Assembly (NCBI GenBank): GCA_964188305.1
Contig: OZ076893.1
Reading direction: 5' to 3' (one strand)
Source: Podarcis bocagei
Taxonomy: Eukaryota
DNA: 64,000 bases
The notes under the pieces: model-generated
Told to the model about the DNA's origin: nothing
Database searches by the model: none
What the model saw: the letters and a program-made list of their open reading frames with translations, nothing else
Part shown: piece by piece, positions 51,151 through 64,000 of the stretch
Layout: every line of letters starts with the position of its first letter
How positions within the stretch are numbered: position 1 is the first letter of the stretch
Program-made: the position numbers and the translations under genes

Positions 51151-53002
51151 ATTCACTTTGAAAAAATTCTTTCCTTGTTTCTGTGATTGTACTATGAAGT
51201 CTCAGGGCTACCTCCCACATCAAGCTTTAAAGATATAGTGGGTGAGAACAGATTCTTACAGGGAGTGCTCTTCGCTCATTTTGTTAATTGTCTAACATCC
51301 TGTTTCCTGTGGCAGCTAGCTGTTATTCCTCGAAACTGCAAGAAAATAATACAATATGGATACTTGGACCAAGATCCAAAGGAACTGTGCAGCTAGTTTT
51401 GTGAGTCCAAAACTGTTTTGGATTTGTTTTCTGGAATAGCCATCGTTAATAGCACATCGCAAGCCATTTTTTAAATTGAGGGGACAGTAAAAGCAACTTA
51501 TATGGTGCCAGAGCCTGCTTCGAGAGAAGAATAACCCTTCAGGTTTGCAGCAGCATTTGGCTATGCCCAGAATAGATTTTAATATTATTTTATGAAAGCC
51601 TTACTCTGTGTTGTGTCAAAACAGCGGCTTGCAACAGACACGTGGTAGGCATCTTAAAGCCAATTTATGTGGCATCTGACATTATTACGGTTTGGTGGTA
51701 CACTGAAGGGCACGCTGATGTTTTGGCTGCTTGGGAGATGTGTTAGGGACACTTTACCCGGGCCGGAGACCACCAAGACAAAGTAGCAGAGCTTTTCCAT
51801 CGAATGGAATAGACAGAAATGCTGATTATACTGTGGATAGTGCTGAGGCTCTGCAAACTGAACTTGCGACAACGCTTCTGTTTTCTTCACCTGAGGCTGA
51901 CTCCATCTTCCATCAAAAGTCTATTTAGATTGAGTCAACTCTGGACATAATACTGTGTTGTGTTATTGTTTTGCTGCTTTCAAAGTCCTGTAGTAATAGT
52001 GGATAGCTTTATAATAGCAGACAGAGGAAGAAGAAGAAGAAGAACTACTTCGTAAGACAGTCTTTTAAAGGACCCTGGTCCTAAGCCATTTACTTCCTTC
52101 CATGGGTGTGTGGTGCCTTTACATTGATTATTTGTGGTTAGGTGGTGGCTGTTGTAGGGAGGTAGTTTTCTTTGGCCTTTCCAGCTGGGGCTGTTTTCCC
52201 AGCCAGTTTAGGCAGCATTGAGACATTCCCAGCCTGCAGCGTTCCCTTTTGTTTTGATGCTGAGAGCCCCTGAATGATGACCTAGTTGTTGTTGACCTTT
52301 TGTGGTATAACATTGTCAAATGGCATTGTCTGAAGGACAGTCCTTTTGCTTCTCCTCTGTGTAAACCCCGAGTGAGCAGAGCGTTTCCTGAAAGGAAAGA
52401 GATAGCTATGTTGGGAAATGAAAGGATCTGTCCCATACAGGCATATCCTACTCTTTTTACCACCTAGAATTCAGAGATGCCTGGGTTTACTGAGGGCCAA
52501 ACTTGGCATACAGTGGCATCCGTATCTCTTTGTTCATGTGTCTCCCTCATTCACACACAAAGCAGTGGGTAGGCGGAACTAGGGGGATATAGGGGACATA
52601 ACCTGAGCCTCCTCCCTCCACTGCCTTAACTTCTTCAGGGCTTTTGAAACAGATACCTTTCCTTTCAGCCTGGAATGCTGAGTGAGGCTGGGGGAGAAAA
52701 GACTCAGGGATGATGGACTTCAAGGAGGTAAAGTGGACAGGGAAGGAAGTGTTCCCTTCTGTCTCTTTGATAAAATTGAAACCTCCACCTTTTCACTTGA
52801 AAAGTGAATAACATGTGGTTGCTGCTGTAGTGTCTAGGCCTTAAGCCTCCCTAAACTTAAGGAGGCTTACTCACACTGAAACGCTCATAGTACAGCCCAT
52901 CCCAAGCAGAGATGTCTCCTGAATACTGCATTTTTGATACTTGAAATAAATTCCTGTCTATTTGATACAGGCTGAAAACATTTCTCTGTAAATACTGGAG
53001 TG

Positions 53003-53425
53003 CATTATTATTATTATTACTAATTAAATTTGTATCCTGTCCTTCCTCTGAAGATCACAGGGTGGTTCTCAAGATAAAAATGCAAAATGAGAACACAAAA
53101 TACATAATAAAATAAAATAAAATAAAAACAAACCAATAACCACCACCCCCAGACACATTTAAAAGGCCATTGAAGGTTAATCAGCCAAAGGTTACGTTTT
53201 CGCCTGCTGCTTAAAGATAGGTGCCAGGCAAGCCTCCCTGGGAAGAACATTCCACAAACCGGGAGCCACCACAGAAAAGACTCTTTCTCTTGTTGCTACC
53301 CTCCAGACCTCTCATGGAAGCAGTGCACGAAGAAGGGCCTCAGGTGGTGATTGCAGGGCTTGGGTTGGTTCACATGGGGAGAAACGCTCCTTGAGATATT
53401 GTGGTCCCGAGTCGTTTAAGACTTG
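53003..53425 (-). mobile_element. L2-like LINE 3' end
   Basis: (AAT)n tail on minus, GGTGGCTCCC..TTTGTGGAATG motif; similar to 62118-62575. Confidence 0.6.
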
Positions 53426-53535
53426 TGCCTGATGTGTATCTAGGGAGGTATGCAGAAGGCCCTGCCATTTAACCTGGAAAGGAAGCTCTACTACTTCATG
53501 CCAAGTATACTAAAAGGGGCCCTAATTACCCAGTG

Positions 53536-54224
53536 CTTCTTTGGCGATTACTCGTAGCTGAGTAGGATTGTCTTCCATAAACACGGTTTTAACAATGAGT
53601 CTGTAAGTGACTGTGGAGGCCAATTCTGGATCCACATGTTCTTCCACAGTGGGGACATTGGTTTCCAGGTGGGAGTTGATCATGGTGTGGATTTGCCAAG
53701 TGTGCCTTCCTCTTAGCACGTTTCTCCCTTGCGTCCTGAGTTCGAGTGTCTTCAAAGCCCATGACACCTTTGGTAAAGACTGTTCTCCAATTGGAGCGCT
53801 CGCAAGTGTTTCCCAATTGTTGGTGTTTATACTACATTTTTAAAAATTTGCCTTAAGAAAAGTCTTTAAACCTCTTTTGTTGACCACCAGCATTACGCTT
53901 TCCATTTTTAAGTTCAGAATAGAGTAGTTGCTTTGGAAGATGATAATCAGGCATCTGCACAACATGACCAGTCCAACGAAGTTGGTGTTGAAGAACCATT
54001 GCTTCAACACTGGTGATCTTTCCTTCTTCTAGTACACTGGTATTAGTTTGCCTGTCTTCCCAGGTGATGTGTAATTTTTTTCGGAGACACACTGATGGAA
54101 TCTTTCAAGGAGTTGGAGATGGCGTTTATAAGTGGTTCATGTTTCACAAGCATTCAGTAAGGTTGGTAGTACAATAGCTTTGTAAACAAGCATTTTGGTT
54201 TCCCTGCGGATGTCCCGGTCCTCA
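53536..54224 (-). mobile_element. Degenerate RTE-clade LINE 3' end (distinct from BovB) with C2H2 finger
   Basis: ORF pieces HITWEDRQTNTSVLE...QLRWTGHVVQMPDYHLPKQLLYSEL and CPHCGRTCGSRIGLHSHLQTH. Confidence 0.85.
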
Positions 54225-56744
54225 GTACCTTGTTTTACTGCGGACTTCTGTTTCATACTTGCCTCAGCCATTAAGAATACTGAATGGGGGGGGGGCGGGG
54301 TTGTAGCTCTTCAGGTTCATGAATGTGTATATAAGTGTGTGCGACTACCTATGTTTAGGGCAGCGATAAGAAGGGCCAGTGGAACTGCAGTTGATGTTGC
54401 CGAGCCAGCAAGGCCAATGGTCAGGGATGATGGGGATTGTAGTCCACCAGCACCCAGAGGGTTACAGGCTCCCTATCCCTGCTATTGGGCATAAGCGGCA
54501 CACTTTGGCTGTCTCTGCACCACCACATTGTCCTGGCATAGCTGTGAGTTGAGTCATAGAATTGTGGAGTTTGAAGGGATCCAAAGGGTCGTCTGGTCCA
54601 ACACCCAGTGCATGGCCACCCCACCCAGTCTACATTAATCTGCAGATACTCTTTGCCACCAACTTTGCAGGGGCAGTCCAAGTGGCAAAACATTAAACCA
54701 GTTTTGCTGCTGGCAATATACAGAGCTACGTGGGGGAAACTAACCATGTAGCACTTCTTGGCATATGGTGGCAGCTGGACTTTGTCGCAGTGCAGCTAAA
54801 ACAATATGTATATTTATATTCTTAATGTAGCAGATTGAGAAGAAAGGCATAGACGTATGTAAAGGTAGCCCTAGATGCGTCATTGCATTGTTGATGATTC
54901 ACTGATAACTATAATTGCTGCAGCAATTATGAAACAGCGCACTGTGGGTTCTGACTTCGCTAAAAGATATTGTTCCCAAAGCTTTTGGTAACAGCAGCAT
55001 ATTCCGGCTCTTACCCATAAGGAATTATTTGCTGCTAATGGCATGTCCGGGGTAGATGGTTTCTTTTCATAACTCTTCAGAAGCAGATGGTTAGTTACCT
55101 TCCTGGGAACAGATTGTGCAAGTCGATAACCCTTTGTTGTGTAATTCATTGTTCAGCTGCAGGTTGAAGTACATGTGTCTTAGAGTAGATGCTTTTAGGT
55201 AACCGACTTACACCGGAAAATAAATCTATAGGGCAAATCGAGAAGAGCCACTTCACTCGTTGCATTTTGGTTACATGAAAATAGTTCACAATGCAGAAGT
55301 GATATGTGTTTTGTCTCCCAGCCCTCTTCACATAGGTAGAAAACTGTGAAGCAGTCCTGACATGATGGATTAAATAACTGAAACTGAACAAGATGCATTT
55401 ACACCAGTGTGTCCTGTAGAAGAGCAGCTTCTGTGCTCTTGTAGCATTTCCCTGCCTTGGTCCTTTGTCTGACTCCCATTCTGTTAGCATCAGAAGAAGC
55501 TGTTCCTGCCTCCTTCCCACCTTTCCCCAGATATAGCTGAAGGCATTGTGTCCAAGGTGCATAGCTCTGCCTTGGTGTCAGGCCTTGAGCTTCAAAATTG
55601 GTTTGGAGCTAGATGGGTCTGTTGGCAGGTCCAGGCTCATATATTACCTATTAGCGTTAGGCTTGCAAATTATTAGTTTTGCATACCAGAGAAATAAACA
55701 GCATTCTAAAAGTAGAACAGCAACAACCATACACATAGGAAAGTACTATCACATGAAGGCTCAATGAATTGAGTAAATTGCCCTTTCAGTTCTTTTCCCT
55801 TGGAGAGTTGCTTCATCTTCTGCTAGCTGCTACTTCTGCTTCCTCTGATGTTCTGGCTTAGGTGGACTAAAGTGCCTCGCCTTGCTTCTCATCAACCAGA
55901 TGATCCTCAATTCAAATGACACAATTATGTTATAGATACAGGTCATACCTGTGCTAGGCAACTTGCTGCAGCCTATTGTGATCATTCCTATGATCAAGTG
56001 ATTCAGGATCTTGGTAACAACATGTACTGGTGCTGCTTGTTTAGAGATAAAGTATCCTTTAAAAATCTATCTGCTTCTTATGTTGTGAGCAATTCCTGCA
56101 GTTAGAAAAACTCCTAAAACTTAATCTAAATCTGCCTTCTAGTAGTTAAAACCCTGCTGCTTGTCAATGGGTAAGATGGTGGGGTTTGTCCTTCTTTTCG
56201 ATACCTTGCTAATAACTGGAATTTTGTCTAATTTTGTCCAGTTTTCTAATCTTCTGCTTTCCCCCTTCCCCTTGCCTCTAAGTGAAAAATGGAGTCCTTG
56301 CACCTAGTCCAGGGTTGCCATCAAATGCAGGTGCCAAGTTTCCTGCTGTGACTATATCTTTGGTTATAACCGACACCTGTCCATCCCTGATCTAGTACAT
56401 AGCAAAGAGAATTTGGAGGTAGCAGGAGTGTCTAACGCTTGGGGATGGGGAGGAAAGAGAAGGAAAGGCACCTATCCCCTGTGTGCCTCTGTGTATCAGG
56501 TTCTGGAGGAAAGGTGAGTCTTGTAACTAATCTCTTGGGGTTTTAGAGTTGGTTGGAAGCAGAAGTACTTTCAATGATTCCAAGTACTTCTGAACCTTGG
56601 TGGAGAAATTGAGAGTTGTGACACCTCCCTGAGGGGTGCCTGAGAACTTAAGGGGAAGAAGGGTCATACCACAAATAATTGATGGTTACTATGGCCAGCA
56701 AAAGGAGAAAGGGGAAATATCCTGGCCTGTTTCTTGTAGTTCTG

Positions 56745-57250
56745 TTTGATTCCCTTCTCTGATAAAATCAGCATTGTGTTTTGATGTCCAGAACTGCACA
56801 CAGGGCTCCAGGCAGCATGATATGCAGCCTGATCAGGGGTGGTTAATACTACTTCCTGTCTCTTGACAGAATTCCTGTTAATACATCCAAACATATGTTT
56901 GGGTTCAGTTTTACAACGTGCCCCCTAAACTGTAGTGTTCACAATATCGCAATGGCGGTCCTTTGCAAGTTCAGCTAATGTTTATTAGGTACTTTGTACA
57001 TGCTCATTTTGGTCCTTGTAGTTGTGCTTCACTTTGGTTCTTCCTGTTTGGCTTGATGTCTTGAATGTTTAACTTAACTGCTAAAGATGTTTGCAGGTCC
57101 TTCCCAGCTTAATATTGCCCATTAATTTGATAAGCACACTGCCCAAGCAATTATTCAAGTAATTAAATATACTGAAGAGTGCTGCACTTTGCAGTGACCT
57201 CTATGGGATATTTATGAATACTTCTAGATAGAAAATGTTTCTTCTCAGCC
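56745..57250 (-). mobile_element. Old, degraded CR1 fragment
   Basis: FGCINR and VQFW-like remnants (ORF 56664..56894); boundaries approximate. Confidence 0.5.
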
Positions 57251-57741
57251 AGCTCATGTTACTTGTTTCTCTAACATAAGGAGCACAAGTAGTTCTGTTA
57301 ATGCTCACATACCTGGGTCATCTCCTCATTGTGACTGGCAGGCTATACTGACAGGAAAATTTTTATTTATTAAATGTATTTCCTGTACCTTCCTTCAAAG
57401 GAGCCCAGGGCAGCAAGCATGTCTATACTAAAACAATTTCTTTAATACTTATAAAAAACAGTTAAAAATCCTAAAAAAACAATCACCTACTCACAAAACT
57501 AAGAATTTCAGGGTTGCCAGGGACAGAACTTTCAACCATCAAATGCCTGAGAAAAAGGGACTGTTTAAATTTCTCTTAAAAGTTACTAGTGAATATAAAT
57601 TAGAAGCTAGAGCTGTGCTGGAAGATGGTGACATGAGATTGTTGAAACATTCTGTTGTGTTGAACGTCAGAAAGGACAATTATCCTCACTAGCTTACTCC
57701 TGTTTTTATCTTTTGTAGAACTGCTGAGCCTGGTTGAGCTG

Positions 57742-57906
57742 ATGGCATCTGCTGCTGAGATTTGTTATCACACCATGACGACCAGAATATCAGAGGTTGG
57801 GGAATTGTCCTTGGAGCCTTTGATTACTTGCAAACTATGCCTGTCTGAATATTCACTGGATAAGATGACGACTCTCCAGGATTGCAGCTGCATCTTTTGT
57901 ACATCG
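57742..57906 (+). CDS. RNF144B: RNF144B (RBR E3 ubiquitin ligase) first coding exon, start of RING1; gene continues beyond the window
   Basis: Exon 57719-57906 with ttttgtag acceptor and TCG|GTAAGT donor; 55 codons, [14 protein letters not shown]...[30 protein letters not shown], close to human RNF144[34 protein letters not shown] and RNF144B are also neighbours in human. Confidence 0.95.
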
Positions 57907-58480
57907 GTAAGTGTTGACCGTGACTTAAGTAATAGTAAAGGAACAGTGTTGAGAGCAGTGATGTTGGAGCAATCTGTGAAAAACAGGTTGCCAACTGAAT
58001 TTCCTTCCTCCTGGCAATGAAAGTTTTTTTGCCTTAACTCTCTACAATGAAAGTGTTTCTCCCCCCCCCCCCCCACAACATGTACACATTATACATAAAT
58101 AGAAAAGTAAATTGTTTTGCAGTGTACCTTATCTGCATATTCTTCCTACTGCAGTCCTGACAGACACCTAAATGCTTTTCTTTTTTCTGAAGTGGTGTTT
58201 GACTTTGTGTGTGTATCTAAATTGTTTGTTATGCCCAGGTGTAAATATGTATAAAATAAACCCATTTCTTAAAGATGCAACAGTCTCTGCTGCGCCTTGA
58301 CTCCCAACGGAAACATTATCTGGATAAGCTCCTTGTTACCACTCGGCAGAGATTGGGGGTGGTGTGCAATCTTCGTAACAGTATTTAAGATGCCCACAGG
58401 AATTCATACAACCCAAGACACAAAGAGAAGCTATCAGCAGGGTTCTAAACTGTCCTTTCCTTATGCCTGAGGTAGGATTA

Positions 58481-58704
58481 CAGTGGTACCTTGGTTCTCG
58501 AACTTAATCCATTCGACTCCCAAAACCATTCAAAAACCAAGGTGTGGCTTCTGAGTGGCTGCAGGTGCTTCCTGCACTCATGCAGAAGCCACGTCGGATG
58601 TTCAGCTTCCAAAAAAATTTGCAAACTGCAACACTTCCAGGTTTGCGGTGTTGGGGAGCCGATTTGTTCGACAACTAATCCGTTTGAGAACCAAGGTACC
58701 ACTG
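58481..58704. mobile_element. Tc1/mariner MITE, third related family
   Basis: CAGTGGTACCTTGGTTCTC...GAGAACCAAGGTACCACTG, TA TSD. Confidence 0.88.
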
Positions 58705-60235
58705 TAATTGATACTGAGTTATAGATTCAAGGGAGTGAAACTGTAGGCCTAACCCTGCTTACTTGGGAGTAATTGAATTCAGTGGGACTTACTAGACATG
58801 GTAAGAGTTGCAGCCAAACATGGCCTCGTGATGGGTCACTGGTCATTTCATTAGCAGTTTTTAAAGGCACTTTGTTGTTTTTACTGTAAAAGACTAACAG
58901 GGCTCCCTCTCTGGAAATTCATTAACTTTGAAGGGAGCATCCAGGGAAGATAATTGATTTGTACATATCTGTTGATGGCTAAGACATACATGCTGGGATG
59001 GCTGTCCTAAAGTTTTATTAACCTTTCTTTAAAGGCTAACATTTCTGCTTTGCAGGGCTAGAGTGACTATCTTTCCTCCATTTTTTTTTTAAAGTTCTGG
59101 GAACAGGCTCTCCTGCACCACCATGTTACATAGGGATGAAGTACTATGTTAGCTATGTTGGGTTTAAGAGCATTGGCACTAAAGTCCCCAGTTAGACTCG
59201 TTGTTTGGAAAAACACCAGGACATAGTAAATCTATGTCACCAAGTTCAAAAGTCGTTCACTATGCAAGGATAAGCGGGTGCACCATATTGTGGAGACTTT
59301 ATTGCATCGGGTGTGATGATAAGGATTACTGCAATTTCCCAGAGCGATATAGGTTTGCTGTCTAAAGTACACAGGGCACTGTTTGTTTTACTCGGTAAAT
59401 ATTAGTGTACTAACCTTTAGCTTTGTGATTAGGAAGTGGTCTAAGAATAGTTTGTCAGCATCTGTACATTAAGAAAAGAATTTAAATATCAGTAGTTTCC
59501 AATCTCTCTTGCCTAGAGTACCAGGGGTGCAAACTTGAATAAGATATTGTGGGAGCCCATGTAAGCCCCACCTTGCATAATTGATCACTTGACACAGTGC
59601 ACACACACCATTTGAATGGGAATGCCCATCAACTTTGTGGGAGCCTGGCCCCCTCAAATATTTTATTGTGGGGGCCGAAGCCCCCATGGCCCCAAGAGTT
59701 GGCTCCTATGTACAGTACTAATCATCTAGCATGGTGACAGAGTCCAGTCTGTACATTCTAGCCCTGAGTGCACTCCATGGCACATATTATACTACCAACT
59801 AAGTGATTGGCAACTGCAAGGTATCTGCTGGAAAGTTTGGTGTGACACCTGTCACTGCATGAAAAGGTGATCAGAGAGAACCTATAATCGGCACTATTTT
59901 TCTAGAAAAAGAGATGCTGGAAGTCACCACAAACACCTCCCTCTCTCTCAGAATGGCAATGGCGCCCTCCTGAGTGGTGCCAGAACTGAGTTCCAGCAAG
60001 TTCCAGCTGACAAAAGCCATGTCTGTAATGTAGGCTCAATGTTAGCAGCATTTCCTACTATTGATAGAGATTTCTATGCTTTTTCTTAACTCTGTTACTG
60101 TGTCTGTGGCTACCTTTTAACCACTCCCCACTAAAACAGACAAGCAAACACAAACAAACTGATATCTGATACCATATGATAAAGTTATGATTACCACATC
60201 ATTCCTAGTCTTCTTGTCTTTACTCTTCTGCTGAG

Positions 60236-60478
60236 GAAGAAGAAGAAGAAGAGGGGTTTGGATTTGATATCCCACTTTATCACTACCCTAAGGAACGGCT
60301 AACAATCTCCTTTCCCTTCCTCCCCCACAACAAACACTCTGTGAGGTAAGTGGGGCTGAGAGACTTCAGAGAAGTGTGACTGGCCCAAGGTCACCCAGCA
60401 GCTGCATGTGGAAGAGCGGAGACGTGTACCCGGTTCACCAGATTATGAGTCTCTTAACCACTACACCACAGTGGCTCT
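60236..60478 (-). mobile_element. Second Squam3-like SINE, minus strand
   Basis: Near reverse complement of 25895-26147. Confidence 0.8.
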
Positions 60479-60741
60479 AGGAAACTAGGTTGATCTCAGG
60501 GTTGCATAGTTTGAGTCAAGCCTTCTTTCTGGGGCTTCCAACATCTCCCTGTAACACCTCTGTGTGAAGTCAGCAAGTGGAACAAAAGCACTGTTCTACA
60601 TGAGTCATCATATTGTTGCATGCCAATCTCCAAGTGTTGCAACATTTCAGGCACAGTGGAGACTATGGTGTCTTTATGATATATGGTTTATTTACACATA
60701 TATGATATGCAACCTGATTTGAGGAGGAAGAGTACAAACAT

Positions 60742-60810
60742 TTATTATTGTTATTATTATTATTATTATTAGTAGTAGTAGTAGTAGTAGTAGTACCAGT
60801 AGTAGTACCA
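60742..60810. repeat. Compound (TTA)n(GTA)n trinucleotide repeat
   Basis: Read directly. Confidence 0.95.
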
Positions 60811-61455
60811 TTATCTGATTTCTGTGTTTCACTGCCTGTATGCATACTTTAATAATAATAATATCTCAGGAAGTGTGCAAGAATTCAGATGGTGGTGGTA
60901 ATAATAATGTTTGCCCTCTTCCTCCTCAATTCAGATGGTTTAGCTCATTTTTATGCCATATGGACAACTGGGTCTTGATTGGCAGATATTGGGGGTGGGG
61001 AGGATGCAGTTTTGGGGCTTTGCAGGTCTGGCCATGGGTGTAGCCGTGGGGGGGGGGGCAGTTGCCCCCCTAAATCCTCAAAAACTATTGAAAAGCAATA
61101 AAAATACTAAATTAACCTCAGTTTTGCCCCTCCAGCAGAAGCCTGTCCCCCTCAACAAAAGCCTGCCCCCCCATAATGCCCTCTTACAGGGGGGATTTTT
61201 TACCCATGAGCTCTCCCCAAAAGCTCAACTTTTAGGAGTGATCTCCCCTAAAACAATTTTTTGCCCCCCATGGGTCCAGCCCACTGATAACAACACTTAG
61301 AGCCTTTCTTAGCCCAGGGAAGTATCTTAGAAAATTTTAACCTTGAGATATTTCTCTTCTTTCCCTGGTAGAAATTTCTAGTGTATTTGCAAGTGGGGGT
61401 AGCAAGTTACAGCTCAAATCCTCTAATCTTAAAATTGCGTTTGTGAATCTGTTTT

Positions 61456-61514
61456 TAAATATAACTTTATTAAATTTTCTGTTTTGCAATTTCAAATAAA
61501 CATTTTACAAAGCA
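61456..61514 (-). mobile_element. Very short retroposed 3'-end insertion with 16-bp TSD
   Basis: TTTGTGAATCTGTTTT at 61440-61455 and 61515-61530; AATAAA on the minus strand inside. Confidence 0.7.
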
Positions 61515-62117
61515 TTTGTGAATCTGTTTTGATAAAGGTGAGTAACATTTCTCATTTTCTCCTCACTTGCTTGGTCATCATCCACCAAGTTGTGGATTTT
61601 TACCCCAAGAAAGAAAAGGAAAAAAGGAGCCCTTTCTACAGAAAGTTGATGCACGCCATTAGCTTGTCTTTGATGCATTTCCTCCATCTAGGTTTTGTTG
61701 TTGTGTTTTGAAGATTGCTTTAGGAAAGCCTTGTTTACCACTTTCTGAGGAAATCATTTGCAGAAGTAAAACTGCTGCAACAATATGTGGTTTGGGGTAT
61801 TGAGACACGCCCTCGATTGCCACATACTTGAGGGCAATGTGAAGCAAGGCAGTTGGATTTTGTATATCACCAACCGCCTGGTTGTGAAGTTAAAATAGAG
61901 GATTAAACTGGCCTTCCCATTCCAATGTTTCTGATTTCAGCATGCACATCCCATAATGACAAGGCAGCTGGCATAGGCAGCTCTGCTTTCTTTGAACATA
62001 TATTTGCTACTTCATACTGTGGTGGGTGGGTCAGTAGTTGTAAGCAAAGGTATTGATATTCAGCTTCATCCTACCATTCCTGGCAAAGGTCATTTGTGAG
62101 GAGTGGTTGTAGGAATC

Positions 62118-62575
62118 ATTAAAATTTGTATATGGCCCTTCACCTGTATATCTCACGGGAGTGGGGTTCACAGCATAAAAATACAAGATAAAAACACAAA
62201 ATGCATAATAAAAGCAAGAGAACAAACCAAACCAATAACCCCGTCCCACAAATGCATTTAAAAGACATAGAATGTTAGTCAGCCAAAGGTCTGGTTGAAG
62301 AGGAACATTTTCACCTAGTGCTTAAAGATATGTAATGAGAGCGTCAGGCTAACCTCCCTAGGGGAGTAGCTGGGGAAACCCAGCCGGATGCACAGTAATA
62401 ATAATAATAAATAATACACAAAGGGGGAGCCTTCAGAAAAGGCCGTACTCATGTTGCCACCCACCAGACATCTCATGGAGGAGGCCCATGGAGAAGGGCC
62501 TCACATGATGATCTAAGCGTCTGGGTAGGTTCATATGAATACTCCTTGAGGTATTGCGGTCCTGAGCTGTCTAAG
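62118..62575 (-). mobile_element. L2-like LINE 3' end, paralogous to 53003-53425
   Basis: Shares ACAAACCAATAAC, CAGCCAAAGG, TCTCATGGA, AGAAGGGCCTCA blocks with the 53 kb copy. Confidence 0.6.
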
Positions 62576-62685
62576 GATCATTGTGGCCGATGGTCAAGGA
62601 TGACAGAGATTTCCATCCAGTAACACCTGGAGAGTCAAAGGTTCCCCATTCCTGTTTTTCAGGCACGTATATGGTCATCTTGAAA

Positions 62686-63034
62686 GGGACGCGGGTGGCG
62701 CTGTGGGTTAAACCACAGAGCCTAGGACTTGCCGATCAGAAGGTCGGCGGTTCGAATCCCTGTGATGGGTGAGCTCCCGTTGCCTGTTGCTCCTGCCAAT
62801 GTAGCAGTTCAAAAGCATGTCCAAGTGAAAGTAGATGAATAGGTACCGCTCCGGCGGGCAGGTAAACGGTGTTTCCGTGCGCTGCTCTGGTTTGCCAGAA
62901 GCGGCTTAGTCATGCTGGCCACATGACCCGGAAGCTGTACGCCGGCTCCCTCGGCCAATAAAGTGCGATGAGCGCTGCAACCCCAGAGTTGGTCACGACT
63001 GGACCTAATGGTCAGGGGTCCCTTTACCTTTACC
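62686..63034 (+). mobile_element. Sauria SINE, full length, 14-bp TSD
   Basis: TATATGGTCATCTT at 62668-62681 and 63035-63048. Confidence 0.93.
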
Positions 63035-64000
63035 TATATGGTCATCTTACTGATTCCTGCACTCTATGGCTATTACCAACAATTAAAAGAACTCCTTTGT
63101 ACTAGCTGAAACAATGTGATAAACACTCCTCTTGAGTTTGGATCAGCAACGGGGGAGGCAGTCTTGGAAAAGTGGCCCTTGCATAACATTTTTTGAGTGA
63201 CATTTTATTATTTGATTATAGCACCAGAGCCAATTAATTTCATAAGCTGAAGCTTAGAAGTACCATTAGAAAGGATTAACAGCACCCAAGGTGAACAATG
63301 AATGGTTTTGCAGCTTGAAAAGTACCTGTTGTATCTAGAACTTCATTGAAAATATGATTCCACCTTTCAAATTTAATGAATCTCCAAGGTGGCTTCCAAA
63401 CTATCATTTAAGATAAGAACATTAAGCAATTACAATAACAATAGGAATCCTGGGAACAACAAGGAAGAACACTTACCTAGAATGTGGTTTTTAAAAATAC
63501 CATTAAAAAGTTTGCACAAATAGTGTGGGCTTGACCAGGTGCCCAAGTGACAGAAATGGTGGCTCCATGTGAATCTTTCCAGTGAAGGAACTCCAGAATC
63601 CCACCACAGAGAAGGCACCCGAGTCATAGGAGCAGTACTTACACCATTTCTAATCCCTATATGGGACAAATAGTGGTCTGCAAATCTCAGCTGCAAATCC
63701 TGAGAAATCTCTACCATATGCAATTTATGTCACTCTTGTATTCCTGTTGAACTGGTGACCTGGCTTGCATGCCAAGGCACCTGAGCCACAAAGTTCCCAG
63801 GAGAACAATAAATCACACTGACATGGAATGTTTGGTTTATGGGTTCAAATAGGCCTCAGCTTTATTGGTTACATATGTGAGTGGTTTGGCTTAGACCTTG
63901 GGAGAAATTGGACTATATCTTGGCTCCTGTTCATCTGCAGGGAGTCCACGGAAGGGTAAATCACCAATAGGAGGTGCCCTATAACTTATGTCAGATAGTG

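Noticed and set aside
1-64000. A novel multi-gene, defence or CRISPR-like system
   Set aside because: The window is eukaryotic intron-exon DNA. Every ORF I could recognise is a DEK or RNF144B exon or a LINE remnant, and there is no repeat-spacer array.
57907-64000. Next RNF144B coding exon
   Set aside because: No sequence resembling the expected continuation (CLKQY...) was seen; it probably lies beyond the window.

Overview
This is vertebrate genomic DNA, most likely from a squamate and probably a lacertid lizard, judged from Sauria SINEs, BovB and Squam3-like SINEs with (CTT)n tails. It holds the complete DEK gene on the minus strand: 10 coding exons, a 1104-nt CDS giving 367 aa, one GC-AG intron, and a CpG-island promoter with YY1, E2F, NF-Y, NRF1, Sp1 and ETS motifs. 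Head-to-head with it on the plus strand is the first coding exon of RNF144B (an RBR E3 ligase), with candidate non-coding first exons near 39.3-39.6 kb and 31.1 kb. The rest is intron and intergenic DNA rich in transposable elements: TA-flanked Tc1/mariner-type MITEs, hAT MITEs with 8-bp target-site duplications (TSDs), BovB/RTE, CR1, L2 and L1-type LINE fragments, and SINEs. I found no convincing previously undescribed protein-coding or prokaryote-style system. The best second-look items are a MITE nested in an otherwise intact BovB reading frame, a MITE family that varies in exact 16-bp steps, the GC-AG intron and a possible 5'UTR mini-intron in DEK, and a second start codon in RNF144B. All coordinates were counted by hand and repeat family names are by recognition, not database search.
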